Assembly: GCA_964016885.1 (NCBI GenBank) | Contig: OZ024747.1 | Coordinates: 52,390,001-52,454,000 of the forward strand | DNA length: 64,000 bases | Reading direction: 5' to 3' | From: Eledone cirrhosa | Lineage: Eukaryota | In this document: piece by piece, positions 49,801 through 61,800 of the stretch | Numbering within the stretch: the first letter of the stretch is position 1 | Layout: the number at the start of each line of letters is the position of its first letter | The notes under the pieces: generated by a model | Seen by the model: the letters and a program-made list of their open reading frames with translations, nothing else | Database searches by the model: none | What the model was told of the DNA's origin: nothing | Position numbers and translations under genes: made by a program

Positions 49801-52800
49801 GTGTAGAGTAAATCAGAGAGAACCAGTACATAGGACAGAGTCACTGTAGAGTAAAACAGAGAGAACTAGTACATAGGACAGAGTCAGAGTAGAGTAAAAC
49901 AGAGAGAACCAGTACATAGGACAGAGTCGGTGTAGAGTAAAACAGAGAGAACCAGTACATAGGACAGAGTTGGTGTAGGGTAAAACAGAGAGAACTAGTA
50001 CATAGGACAGAGTTGGTGTAGTGTAAAACAGAGAGAACCAGTACATAGGACAGAGTCGGTGTAGAGTAAAACATAGAGAACCAGTACATAGGACAGAGTT
50101 GATGTAGGGTAAAACAGAGAGAACCAGCACGTAGCACAGAGTCGGTGTAGAGTAAAACAGAGAGAACCAGTACATAGGACAGAGTTGGTGTAGTGTAAAA
50201 CAGAGAGAACCAGTACATAGGACAGAGTCGGTGTAGAGTAAAACATAGAGAACCAGTACATAGGACAGAGTTGGTGTAGAGTAAAACAGAGAGAACCAGT
50301 ACATAGGAGAGTCAGAGTAGAGTAAAACAGAGAGAACCAGTACATAGAACAGAGTCGGTGTAGAGTAAAACAGAGAACCAGTACATAGGACAGAGTCAGT
50401 GTAGAGTAAAACAGAGAGAACCAGTACATAGGACAGAGTTGGTGTAGAGTAAAACAGAGAGAACCAGCACGTAGCACAGAGTCGGTGTAGAGTAAAACAG
50501 AGAGAACCAGTACATAGGACAGTGTTGGTGTAGAGTAAAACAGAGAGAACCAGTACATAGGACAGTGTTGGTGTAGAGTAAAACAGAGATAACCAGCACG
50601 TAGCACAGAGTCGGTGTAGAGTAAAACAGAGAGAACCAGTACACAGGACAGTGTTGGTGTAGAGTAAAACAGAGAGAACCAGTACATAGGACAGTGTTGG
50701 TGTAGAGTAAAACAGAGAGAACCAGTACATAGGACAGTGTTGGTGTAGAGTAAAACAGAGAGAACCAGTACGTAGCACAGAGTCGGTGTAGAATAAAACA
50801 GAGAGAACCAGTACATAGGACAGTGTTGGTGTAGAGTAAAACAGAGAGAACCAGTACGTAGCACAGAGTCGGTGTAGAGTAAAACAGAGAGAACCAGTAC
50901 GTAGCAGAGTCGGTGTAGAGTAAAACAGAGAGAACCAGTACATAGGACAGTGTTGGTGTAGAGTAAAACAAAGAGAACCAGTACATAGGACAGTGTTGGT
51001 GTAGAGTAAAACAGAGAGAACCAGTACATAGCACAGTGTTGGTGTAGAGTAAAACAGAGAGAACCAGTACGTAGCACAGAGTCGGTGTAGAGTAAAACAG
51101 AGAGAACCAGTACGTAGCACAGAGTCGGTGTAGAGTAAAACAGAGAGAACCAGTACGTAGCACAGAGTCGGTGTAGAGTAAAACAGAGAGAACCAGTACA
51201 TAGGACAGAGTCGGTGTAGAGTAAAACAGAGAGAACCAGTACATAGGACAGAGTCACTGTAGAGTAAAACAGAGAGAACTAGTACATAGGACAGAGTCAG
51301 AGTAGAGTAAAACAGAGAGAGCCAGTACATAGAACAGAGTCGGTGTAGAGTAAAACAGAGAGAACCAGTACATAGGACAGAGTCGGTGTAGAGTAAAACA
51401 TAGAGAACCAGTACATAGGACAGAGTTGATGTAGGGTAAAACAGAGAGAACCAGTACATAGAACAGAGTTGGTGTAGAGTAAAACAGAGAGAACCAGTAC
51501 ATAGGAGAGTCAGAGTAGAGTAAAACAGAGAGAACCAGTACATAGAACAGAGTCGGTGTAGAGTAAAACAGAGAACCAGTACATAGGACAGAGTCAGTGT
51601 AGAGTAAAACAGAGAGAACCAGTACATAGGACAGAGTTGGTGTAGAGTAAAACAGAGAGAACCAGTACATAGGACAGAGTCGGTGTAGAGTAAAACAGAG
51701 AGAACCAGTACATAGGACAGTGTTGGTGTAGAGTAAAACAGAGAGAACCAGTACATAGGACAGTGTTGGTGTAGAGTAAAACAGAGAGAACCAGTACATA
51801 GGACAGAGTAGGTGTAGTGTAAAACAGAGAACAGAGAGAACCAGTACATAGGACAGTGTTGGTGTAGAGTAAAACAGAGAGAACCAGTACGTAGCACAGA
51901 GTCGGTGTAGAGTAAAACAGAGAGAACCAGTACGTAGCACAGAGTCGGTGTAGAGTAAAACAGAGAGAACTAGTACATAGGACAGAGTCAGAGTAGAGTA
52001 AAACAGAGAGAACCAGTACATAGGACAGAGTTGATGTAGTGCAAAACAGAGAGAACCAGTACATAGGACAGAGTTGGTGTAGAGTAAAACAGAGAGAACC
52101 AGTACATAGGAGAGTCAGAGTAGAGTAAAACAGAGAGAACCAGTACGTAGCACAGAGTCGGTGTAGAGTAAAACAGAGAGAACCAGTACGTAGCACAGAG
52201 TCGGTGTAGAGTAAAACAGAGAGAACCAGTACATAGGACAGTGTTGGTGTAGAGTAAAACAGAGAGAACCAGTACATAGGACAGTGTTGGTGTAGAGTAA
52301 AACAGAGAGAACCAGTACGTAGCACAGAGTCGCTGTAGAGTAAAACAGAGAGAACCAGTACATAGGACAGTGTTGGTGTAGAGTAAAACAGAGAGAACCA
52401 GTACGTAGCACAGAGTCGCTGTAGAGTAAAACAGAGAGAACCAGTACATAGGACAGTGTTGGTGTAGAGTAAAACAGAGAGAACCAGTACATAGGACAGA
52501 GTAGGTGTAGAGTAAAACAGAGAGAACTAGTACATAGGACAGAGTCACTGTAGAGTAAAACAGAGAGAGCCAGTACATAGAACAGAGTCGGTGTAGAGTA
52601 AATCAGAGAGAACCAGTACATAGGACAGAGTCACTGTAGAGTAAAACAGAGAGAACTAGTACATAGGACAGAGTCAGAGTAGAGTAAAACAGAGAGAACC
52701 AGTACATAGGACAGAGTTGGTGTAGGGTAAAACAGAGAGAACTAGTACATAGGACAGAGTTGGTGTAGTGTAAAACAGAGAGAACCAGTACATAGGACAG

Positions 52801-55800
52801 AGTCGGTGTAGAGTAAAACATAGAGAACCAGTACATAGGACAGAGTTGATGTAGGGTAAAACAGAGAGAACCAGTACATAGGACAGAGTTGGTGTAGAGT
52901 AAAACAGAGAGAACCAGTACATAGGAGAGTCAGAGTAGAGTAAAACAGAGAGAACCAGTACATAGAACAGAGTCGGTGTAGAGTAAAACAGAGAACCAGT
53001 ACATAGGACAGAGTCAGTGTAGAGTAAAACAGAGAGAACCAGTACATAGGACAGAGTTGGTGTAGAGTAAAACAGAGAGAACCAGCACGTAGCACAGAGT
53101 CGGTGTAGAGTAAAACAGAGAGAACCAGTACATAGGACAGTGTTGGTGTAGAGTAAAACAGAGAGAACCAGTACATAGGACAGTGTTGGTGTAGAGTAAA
53201 ACAGAGATAACCAGCACGTAGCACAGAGTCGGTGTAGAGTAAAACAGAGAGAACCAGTACATAGGACAGTGTTGGTGTAGAGTAAAACAGAGAGAACCAG
53301 TACATAGGACAGTGTTGGTGTAGAGTAAAACAGAGAGAACCAGTACATAGGACAGTGTTGGTGTAGAGTAAAACAGAGAGAACCAGTACGTAGCACAGAG
53401 TCGGTGTAGAATAAAACAGAGAGAACCAGTACATAGGACAGTGTTGGTGTAGAGTAAAACAGAGAGAACCAGTACGTAGCACAGAGTCGGTGTAGAGTAA
53501 AACAGAGAGAACCAGTACGTAGCAGAGTCGGTGTAGAGTAAAACAGAGAGAACCAGTACATAGGACAGTGTTGGTGTAGAGTAAAACAAAGAGAACCAGT
53601 ACATAGGACAGTGTTGGTGTAGAGTAAAACAGAGAGAACCAGTACATAGCACAGTGTTGGTGTAGAGTAAAACAGAGAGAACCAGTACGTAGCACAGAGT
53701 CGGTGTAGAGTAAAACAGAGAGAACCAGTACGTAGCACAGAGTCGGTGTAGAGTAAAACAGAGAGAACCAGTACGTAGCACAGAGTCGGTGTAGAGTAAA
53801 ACAGAGAGAACCAGTACATAGGACAGAGTCGGTGTAGAGTAAAACAGAGAGAACCAGTACATAGGACAGAGTCACTGTAGAGTAAAACAGAGAGAACTAG
53901 TACATAGGACAGAGTCAGAGTAGAGTAAAACAGAGAGAGCCAGTACATAGAACAGAGTCGGTGTAGAGTAAAACAGAGAGAACCAGTACATAGGACAGAG
54001 TCGGTGTAGAGTAAAACATAGAGAACCAGTACATAGGACAGAGTTGATGTAGGGTAAAACAGAGAGAACCAGTACATAGGACAGAGTTGGTGTAGAGTAA
54101 AACAGAGAGAACCAGTACATAGGAGAGTCAGAGTAGAGTAAAACAGAGAGAACCAGTACATAGAACAGAGTCGGTGTAGAGTAAAACAGAGAACCAGTAC
54201 ATAGGACAGAGTCAGTGTAGAGTAAAACAGAGAGAACCAGTACATAGGACAGAGTTGGTGTAGAGTAAAACAGAGAGAACCAGTACATAGGACAGAGTCG
54301 GTGTAGAGTAAAACAGAGAGAACCAGTACATAGGACAGTGTTGGTGTAGAGTAAAACAGAGAGAACCAGTACATAGGACAGTGTTGGTGTAGAGTAAAAC
54401 AGAGAGAACCAGTACATAGGACAGAGTAGGTGTAGTGTAAAACAGAGAACAGAGAGAACCAGTACATAGGACAGTGTTGGTGTAGAGTAAAACAGAGAGA
54501 ACCAGTACGTAGCACAGAGTCGGTGTAGAGTAAAACAGAGAGAACCAGTACGTAGCACAGAGTCGGTGTAGAGTAAAACAGAGAGAACTAGTACATAGGA
54601 CAGAGTCAGAGTAGAGTAAAACAGAGAGAACCAGTACATAGGACAGAGTTGATGTAGTGCAAAACAGAGAGAACCAGTACATAGGACAGAGTTGGTGTAG
54701 AGTAAAACAGAGAGAACCAGTACATAGGAGAGTCAGAGTAGAGTAAAACAGAGAGAACCAGTACGTAGCACAGAGTCGGTGTAGAGTAAAACAGAGAGAA
54801 CCAGTACGTAGCACAGAGTCGGTGTAGAGTAAAACAGAGAGAACCAGTACATAGGACAGTGTTGGTGTAGAGTAAAACAGAGAGAACCAGTACATAGGAC
54901 AGTGTTGGTGTAGAGTAAAACAGAGAGAACCAATACATAGGACAGAGTTGGTGTAGAGTAAAACAGAGAGAACCAGTACATAGGAGAGTCAAAGTAGAGT
55001 AAAACAGAGAGAACCAGTACGTAGCACAGAGTCGGTGTAGAGTAAAACAGAGAGAACCAGTACGTAGCACAGAGTCGGTGTAGAGTAAAACAGAGAGAAC
55101 CAGTACATAGGACAGTGTTGGTGTAGAGTAAAACAGAGAGAACCAGTACATAGGACAGTGTTGGTGTAGAGTAAAACAGAGAGAACCAGTACGTAGCACA
55201 GAGTCGCTGTAGAGTAAAACAGAGAGAACCAGTACATAGGACAGTGTTGGTGTAGAGTAAAACAGAGAGAACCAGTACATAGGACAGAGTCACTGTAGAG
55301 TAAAACAGAGAGATCTAGTACATAGGACAGAGTCAGAGTAGAGTAAAACAGAGAGAACCAGTACGTAGCACAGAGTCGGTGTAGAGTAAAACAGAGAGAA
55401 CCAGTACATAGGACAGAGTCGGTGTAGAGTAAAACATAGAGAACCAGTACATAGGACAGAGTTGATGTAGGGTAAAACAGAGAGAACCAGTACATAGGAC
55501 AGAGTTGGTGTAGAGTAAAACAGAGAGAACCAGTACATAGGAGAGTCAGAGTAGAGTAAAACAGAGAGAACCAGTACATAGAACAGAGTCGGTGTAGAGT
55601 AAAACAGAGAACCAGTACATAGGACAGAGTCAGTGTAGAGTAAAACAGAGAGAACCAGTACATAGGACAGAGTTGGTGTAGAGTAAAACAGAGAGAACCA
55701 GTACATAGGACAGAGTCGGTGTAGAGTAAAACAGAGAGAACCAGTACATAGGACAGTGTTGGTGTAGAGTAAAACAGAGAGAACCAGTACGTAGCACAGA

Positions 55801-58800
55801 GTCGGTGTAGAGTAAAACAGAGAGAACCAGTACATAGGACAGTGTTGGTGTAGAGTAAAACAGAGAGAACCAGTACGTAGCACAGAGTCGGTGTAGAGTA
55901 AAACAGAGAGAACCAGTACGTAGCACAGAGTCGGTGTAGAGTAAAACAGAGAGAACCAGTACATAGGACAGTGTTGGTGTAGAGTAAAACAGAGAGAACC
56001 AGTACATAGGACAGTGTTGGTGTAGAGTAAAACATAGAGAACCAGTACGTAGCACAGAGTCGCTGTAGAGTAAAACAGAGAGAACCAGTACATAGGACAG
56101 TGTTGGTGTAGAGTAAAACAGAGAGAACCAGTACATAGGACAGAGTAGGTGTAGAGTAAAACAGAGAGAACTAGTACATAGGACAGAGTCACTGTAGAGT
56201 AAAACAGAGAGAGCCAGTACATAGAACAGAGTCGGTGTAGAGTAAATCAGAGAGAACCAGTACATAGGACAGAGTCACTGTAGAGTAAAACAGAGAGAAC
56301 TAGTACATAGGACAGAGTCAGAGTAGAGTAAAACAGAGAGAACCAGTACATAGGACAGAGTCGGTGTAGAGTAAAACAGAGAGAACCAGTACATAGGACA
56401 GAGTTGGTGTAGGGTAAAACAGAGAGAACTAGTACATAGGACAGAGTTGGTGTAGTGTAAAACAGAGAGAACCAGTACATAGGACAGAGTCGGTGTAGAG
56501 TAAAACATAGAGAACCAGTACATAGGACAGAGTTGATGTAGGGTAAAACAGAGAGAACCAGTACATAGGACAGAGTTGGTGTAGAGTAAAACAGAGAGAA
56601 CCAGTACATAGGAGAGTCAGAGTAGAGTAAAACAGAGAGAACCAGTACATAGAACAGAGTCGGTGTAGAGTAAAACAGAGAACCAGTACATAGGACAGAG
56701 TCAGTGTAGAGTAAAACAGAGAGAACCAGTACATAGGACAGAGTTGGTGTAGAGTAAAACAGAGAGAACCAGCACGTAGCACAGAGTCGGTGTAGAGTAA
56801 AACAGAGAGAACCAGTACATAGGACAGTGTTGGTGTAGAGTAAAACAGAGAGAACCAGTACATAGGACAGTGTTGGTGTAGAGTAAAACAGAGATAACCA
56901 GCACGTAGCACAGAGTCGGTGTAGAGTAAAACAGAGAGAACCAGTACATAGGACAGTGTTGGTGTAGAGTAAAACAGAGAGAACCAGTACATAGGACAGT
57001 GTTGGTGTAGAGTAAAACAGAGAGAACCAGTACATAGGACAGTGTTGGTGTAGAGTAAAACAGAGAGAACCAGTACGTAGCACAGAGTCGGTGTAGAATA
57101 AAACAGAGAGAACCAGTACATAGGACAGTGTTGGTGTAGAGTAAAACAGAGAGAACCAGTACGTAGCACAGAGTCGGTGTAGAGTAAAACAGAGAGAACC
57201 AGTACGTAGCAGAGTCGGTGTAGAGTAAAACAGAGAGAACCAGTACATAGGACAGTGTTGGTGTAGAGTAAAACAAAGAGAACCAGTACATAGGACAGTG
57301 TTGGTGTAGAGTAAAACAGAGAGAACCAGTACATAGCACAGTGTTGGTGTAGAGTAAAACAGAGAGAACCAGTACGTAGCACAGAGTCGGTGTAGAGTAA
57401 AACAGAGAGAACCAGTACGTAGCACAGAGTCGGTGTAGAGTAAAACAGAGAGAACCAGTACGTAGCACAGAGTCGGTGTAGAGTAAAACAGAGAGAACCA
57501 GTACATAGGACAGAGTCGGTGTAGAGTAAAACAGAGAGAACCAGTACATAGGACAGAGTCACTGTAGAGTAAAACAGAGAGAACTAGTACATAGGACAGA
57601 GTCAGAGTAGAGTAAAACAGAGAGAGCCAGTACATAGAACAGAGTCGGTGTAGAGTAAAACAGAGAGAACCAGTACATAGGACAGAGTCGGTGTAGAGTA
57701 AAACATAGAGAACCAGTACATAGGACAGAGTTGATGTAGGGTAAAACAGAGAGAACCAGTACATAGGACAGAGTTGGTGTAGAGTAAAACAGAGAGAACC
57801 AGTACATAGGAGAGTCAGAGTAGAGTAAAACAGAGAGAACCAGTACATAGAACAGAGTCGGTGTAGAGTAAAACAGAGAACCAGTACATAGGACAGAGTC
57901 AGTGTAGAGTAAAACAGAGAGAACCAGTACATAGGACAGAGTTGGTGTAGAGTAAAACAGAGAGAACCAGTACATAGGACAGAGTCGGTGTAGAGTAAAA
58001 CAGAGAGAACCAGTACATAGGACAGTGTTGGTGTAGAGTAAAACAGAGAGAACCAGTACATAGGACAGTGTTGGTGTAGAGTAAAACAGAGAGAACCAGT
58101 ACATAGGACAGAGTAGGTGTAGTGTAAAACAGAGAACAGAGAGAACCAGTACATAGGACAGTGTTGGTGTAGAGTAAAACAGAGAGAACCAGTACGTAGC
58201 ACAGAGTCGGTGTAGAGTAAAACAGAGAGAACCAGTACGTAGCACAGAGTCGGTGTAGAGTAAAACAGAGAGAACTAGTACATAGGACAGAGTCAGAGTA
58301 GAGTAAAACAGAGAGAACCAGTACATAGGACAGAGTTGATGTAGTGCAAAACAGAGAGAACCAGTACATAGGACAGAGTTGGTGTAGAGCAAAACAGAGA
58401 GAACCAGTACATAGGAGAGTCAGAGTAGAGTAAAACAGAGAGAACCAGTACGTAGCACAGAGTCGGTGTAGAGTAAAACAGAGAGAACCAGTACGTAGCA
58501 CAGAGTCGGTGTAGAGTAAAACAGAGAGAACCAGTACATAGGACAGTGTTGGTGTAGAGTAAAACAGAGAGAACCAGTACATAGGACAGTGTTGGTGTAG
58601 AGTAAAACAGAGAGAACCAATACATAGGACAGAGTTGGTGTAGAGTAAAACAGAGAGAACCAGTACATAGGAGAGTCAAAGTAGAGTAAAACAGAGAGAA
58701 CCAGTACGTAGCACAGAGTCGGTGTAGAGTAAAACAGAGAGAACCAGTACGTAGCACAGAGTCGGTGTAGAGTAAAACAGAGAGAACCAGTACATAGGAC

Positions 58801-61800
58801 AGTGTTGGTGTAGAGTAAAACAGAGAGAACCAGTACATAGGACAGTGTTGGTGTAGAGTAAAACAGAGAGAACCAGTACGTAGCACAGAGTCGCTGTAGA
58901 GTAAAACAGAGAGAACCAGTACATAGGACAGTGTTGGTGTAGAGTAAAACAGAGAGAACCAGTACATAGGACAGAGTCACTGTAGAGTAAAACAGAGAGA
59001 TCTAGTACATAGGACAGAGTCAGAGTAGAGTAAAACAGAGAGAACCAGTACGTAGCACAGAGTCGGTGTAGAGTAAAACAGAGAGAACCAGTACATAGGA
59101 CAGAGTCGGTGTAGAGTAAAACATAGAGAACCAGTACATAGGACAGAGTTGATGTAGGGTAAAACAGAGAGAACCAGTACATAGGACAGAGTTGGTGTAG
59201 AGTAAAACAGAGAGAACCAGTACATAGGAGAGTCAGAGTAGAGTAAAACAGAGAGAACCAGTACATAGAACAGAGTCGGTGTAGAGTAAAACAGAGAACC
59301 AGTACATAGGACAGAGTCAGTGTAGAGTAAAACAGAGAGAACCAGTACATAGGACAGAGTTGGTGTAGAGTAAAACAGAGAGAACCAGTACATAGGACAG
59401 AGTCGGTGTAGAGTAAAACAGAGAGAACCAGTACATAGGACAGTGTTGGTGTAGAGTAAAACAGAGAGAACCAGTACGTAGCACAGAGTCGGTGTAGAGT
59501 AAAACAGAGAGAACCAGTACATAGGACAGTGTTGGTGTAGAGTAAAACAGAGAGAACCAGTACGTAGCACAGAGTCGGTGTAGAGTAAAACAGAGAGAAC
59601 CAGTACGTAGCACAGAGTCGGTGTAGAGTAAAACAGAGAGAACCAGTACATAGGACAGTGTTGGTGTAGAGTAAAACAGAGAGAACCAGTACATAGGACA
59701 GTGTTGGTGTAGAGTAAAACAGAGAGAACCAGTACGTAGCACAGAGTCGCTGTAGAGTAAAACAGAGAGAACCAGTACATAGGACAGTGTTGGTGTAGAG
59801 TAAAACAGAGAGAACCAGTACATAGGACAGAGTAGGTGTAGAGTAAAACAGAGAGAACTAGTACATAGGACAGAGTCACTGTAGAGTAAAACAGAGAGAG
59901 CCAGTACATAGAACAGAGTCGGTGTAGAGTAAATCAGAGAGAACCAGTACATAGGACAGAGTCACTGTAGAGTAAAACAGAGAGAACTAGTACATAGGAC
60001 AGAGTCAGAGTAGAGTAAAACAGAGAGAACCAGTACATAGGACAGAGTCGGTGTAGAGTAAAACAGAGAGAACCAGTACATAGGACAGAGTTGGTGTAGG
60101 GTAAAACAGAGAGAACTAGTACATAGGACAGAGTTGGTGTAGTGTAAAACAGAGAGAACCAGTACATAGGACAGAGTCGGTGTAGAGTAAAACATAGAGA
60201 ACCAGTACATAGGACAGAGTTGATGTAGGGTAAAACAGAGAGAACCAGTACATAGGACAGAGTTGGTGTAGAGTAAAACAGAGAGAACCAGTACATAGGA
60301 GAGTCAGAGTAGAGTAAAACAGAGAGAACCAGTACATAGAACAGAGTCGGTGTAGAGTAAAACAGAGAACCAGTACATAGGACAGAGTCAGTGTAGAGTA
60401 AAACAGAGAGAACCAGTACATAGGACAGAGTTGGTGTAGAGTAAAACAGAGAGAACCAGCACGTAGCACAGAGTCGGTGTAGAGTAAAACAGAGAGAACC
60501 AGTACATAGGACAGTGTTGGTGTAGAGTAAAACAGAGAGAACCAGTACATAGGACAGTGTTGGTGTAGAGTAAAACAGAGATAACCAGCACGTAGCACAG
60601 AGTCGGTGTAGAGTAAAACAGAGAGAACCAGTACATAGGACAGTGTTGGTGTAGAGTAAAACAGAGAGAACCAGTACATAGGACAGTGTTGGTGTAGAGT
60701 AAAACAGAGAGAACCAGTACATAGGACAGTGTTGGTGTAGAGTAAAACAGAGAGAACCAGTACGTAGCACAGAGTCGGTGTAGAATAAAACAGAGAGAAC
60801 CAGTACATAGGACAGTGTTGGTGTAGAGTAAAACAGAGAGAACCAGTACGTAGCACAGAGTCGGTGTAGAGTAAAACAGAGAGAACCAGTACGTAGCACA
60901 GAGTCGGTGTAGAGTAAAACAGAGAGAACCAGTACATAGGACAGTGTTGGTGTAGAGTAAAACAAAGAGAACCAGTACATAGGACAGTGTTGGTGTAGAG
61001 TAAAACAGAGAGAACCAGTACATAGCACAGTGTTGGTGTAGAGTAAAACAGAGAGAACCAGTACGTAGCACAGAGTCGGTGTAGAGTAAAACAGAGAGAA
61101 CCAGTACGTAGCACAGAGTCGGTGTAGAGTAAAACAGAGAGAACCAGTACGTAGCACAGAGTCGGTGTAGAGTAAAACAGAGAGAACCAGTACATAGGAC
61201 AGAGTCGGTGTAGAGTAAAACAGAGAGAACCAGTACATAGGACAGAGTCACTGTAGAGTAAAACAGAGAGAACTAGTACATAGGACAGAGTCAGAGTAGA
61301 GTAAAACAGAGAGAACCAGTACATAGAACAGAGTCGGTGTAGAGTAAAACAGAGAGAACCAGTACATAGGACAGAGTCACTGTAGAGTAAAACAGAGAGA
61401 ACTAGTACATAGGACAGAGTCAGAGTAGAGTAAAACAGAGAGAACCAGTACATAGAACAGAGTCGGTGTAGAGTAAAACAGAGAGAACCAGTACATAGGA
61501 CAGAGTCACTGTAGAGTAAAACAGAGAGAACTAGTACACAGGACAGAGTCAGAGTAGAGTAAAACAGAGAGAACCAGTACATAGGACAGAGTCGGTGTAG
61601 AGTAAAACATAGAGAACCAGTACATAGGACAGAGTTGATGTAGGGAAAAACAGAGAGAACCAGTACATAGGACAGAGTTGGTGTAGAGTAAAACAGAGAG
61701 AACCAGTACATAGGAGAGTCAGAGTAGAGTAAAACAGAGAGAACCAGTACATAGAACAGAGTCGGTGTAGAGTAAAACAGAGAACCAGTACATAGGACAG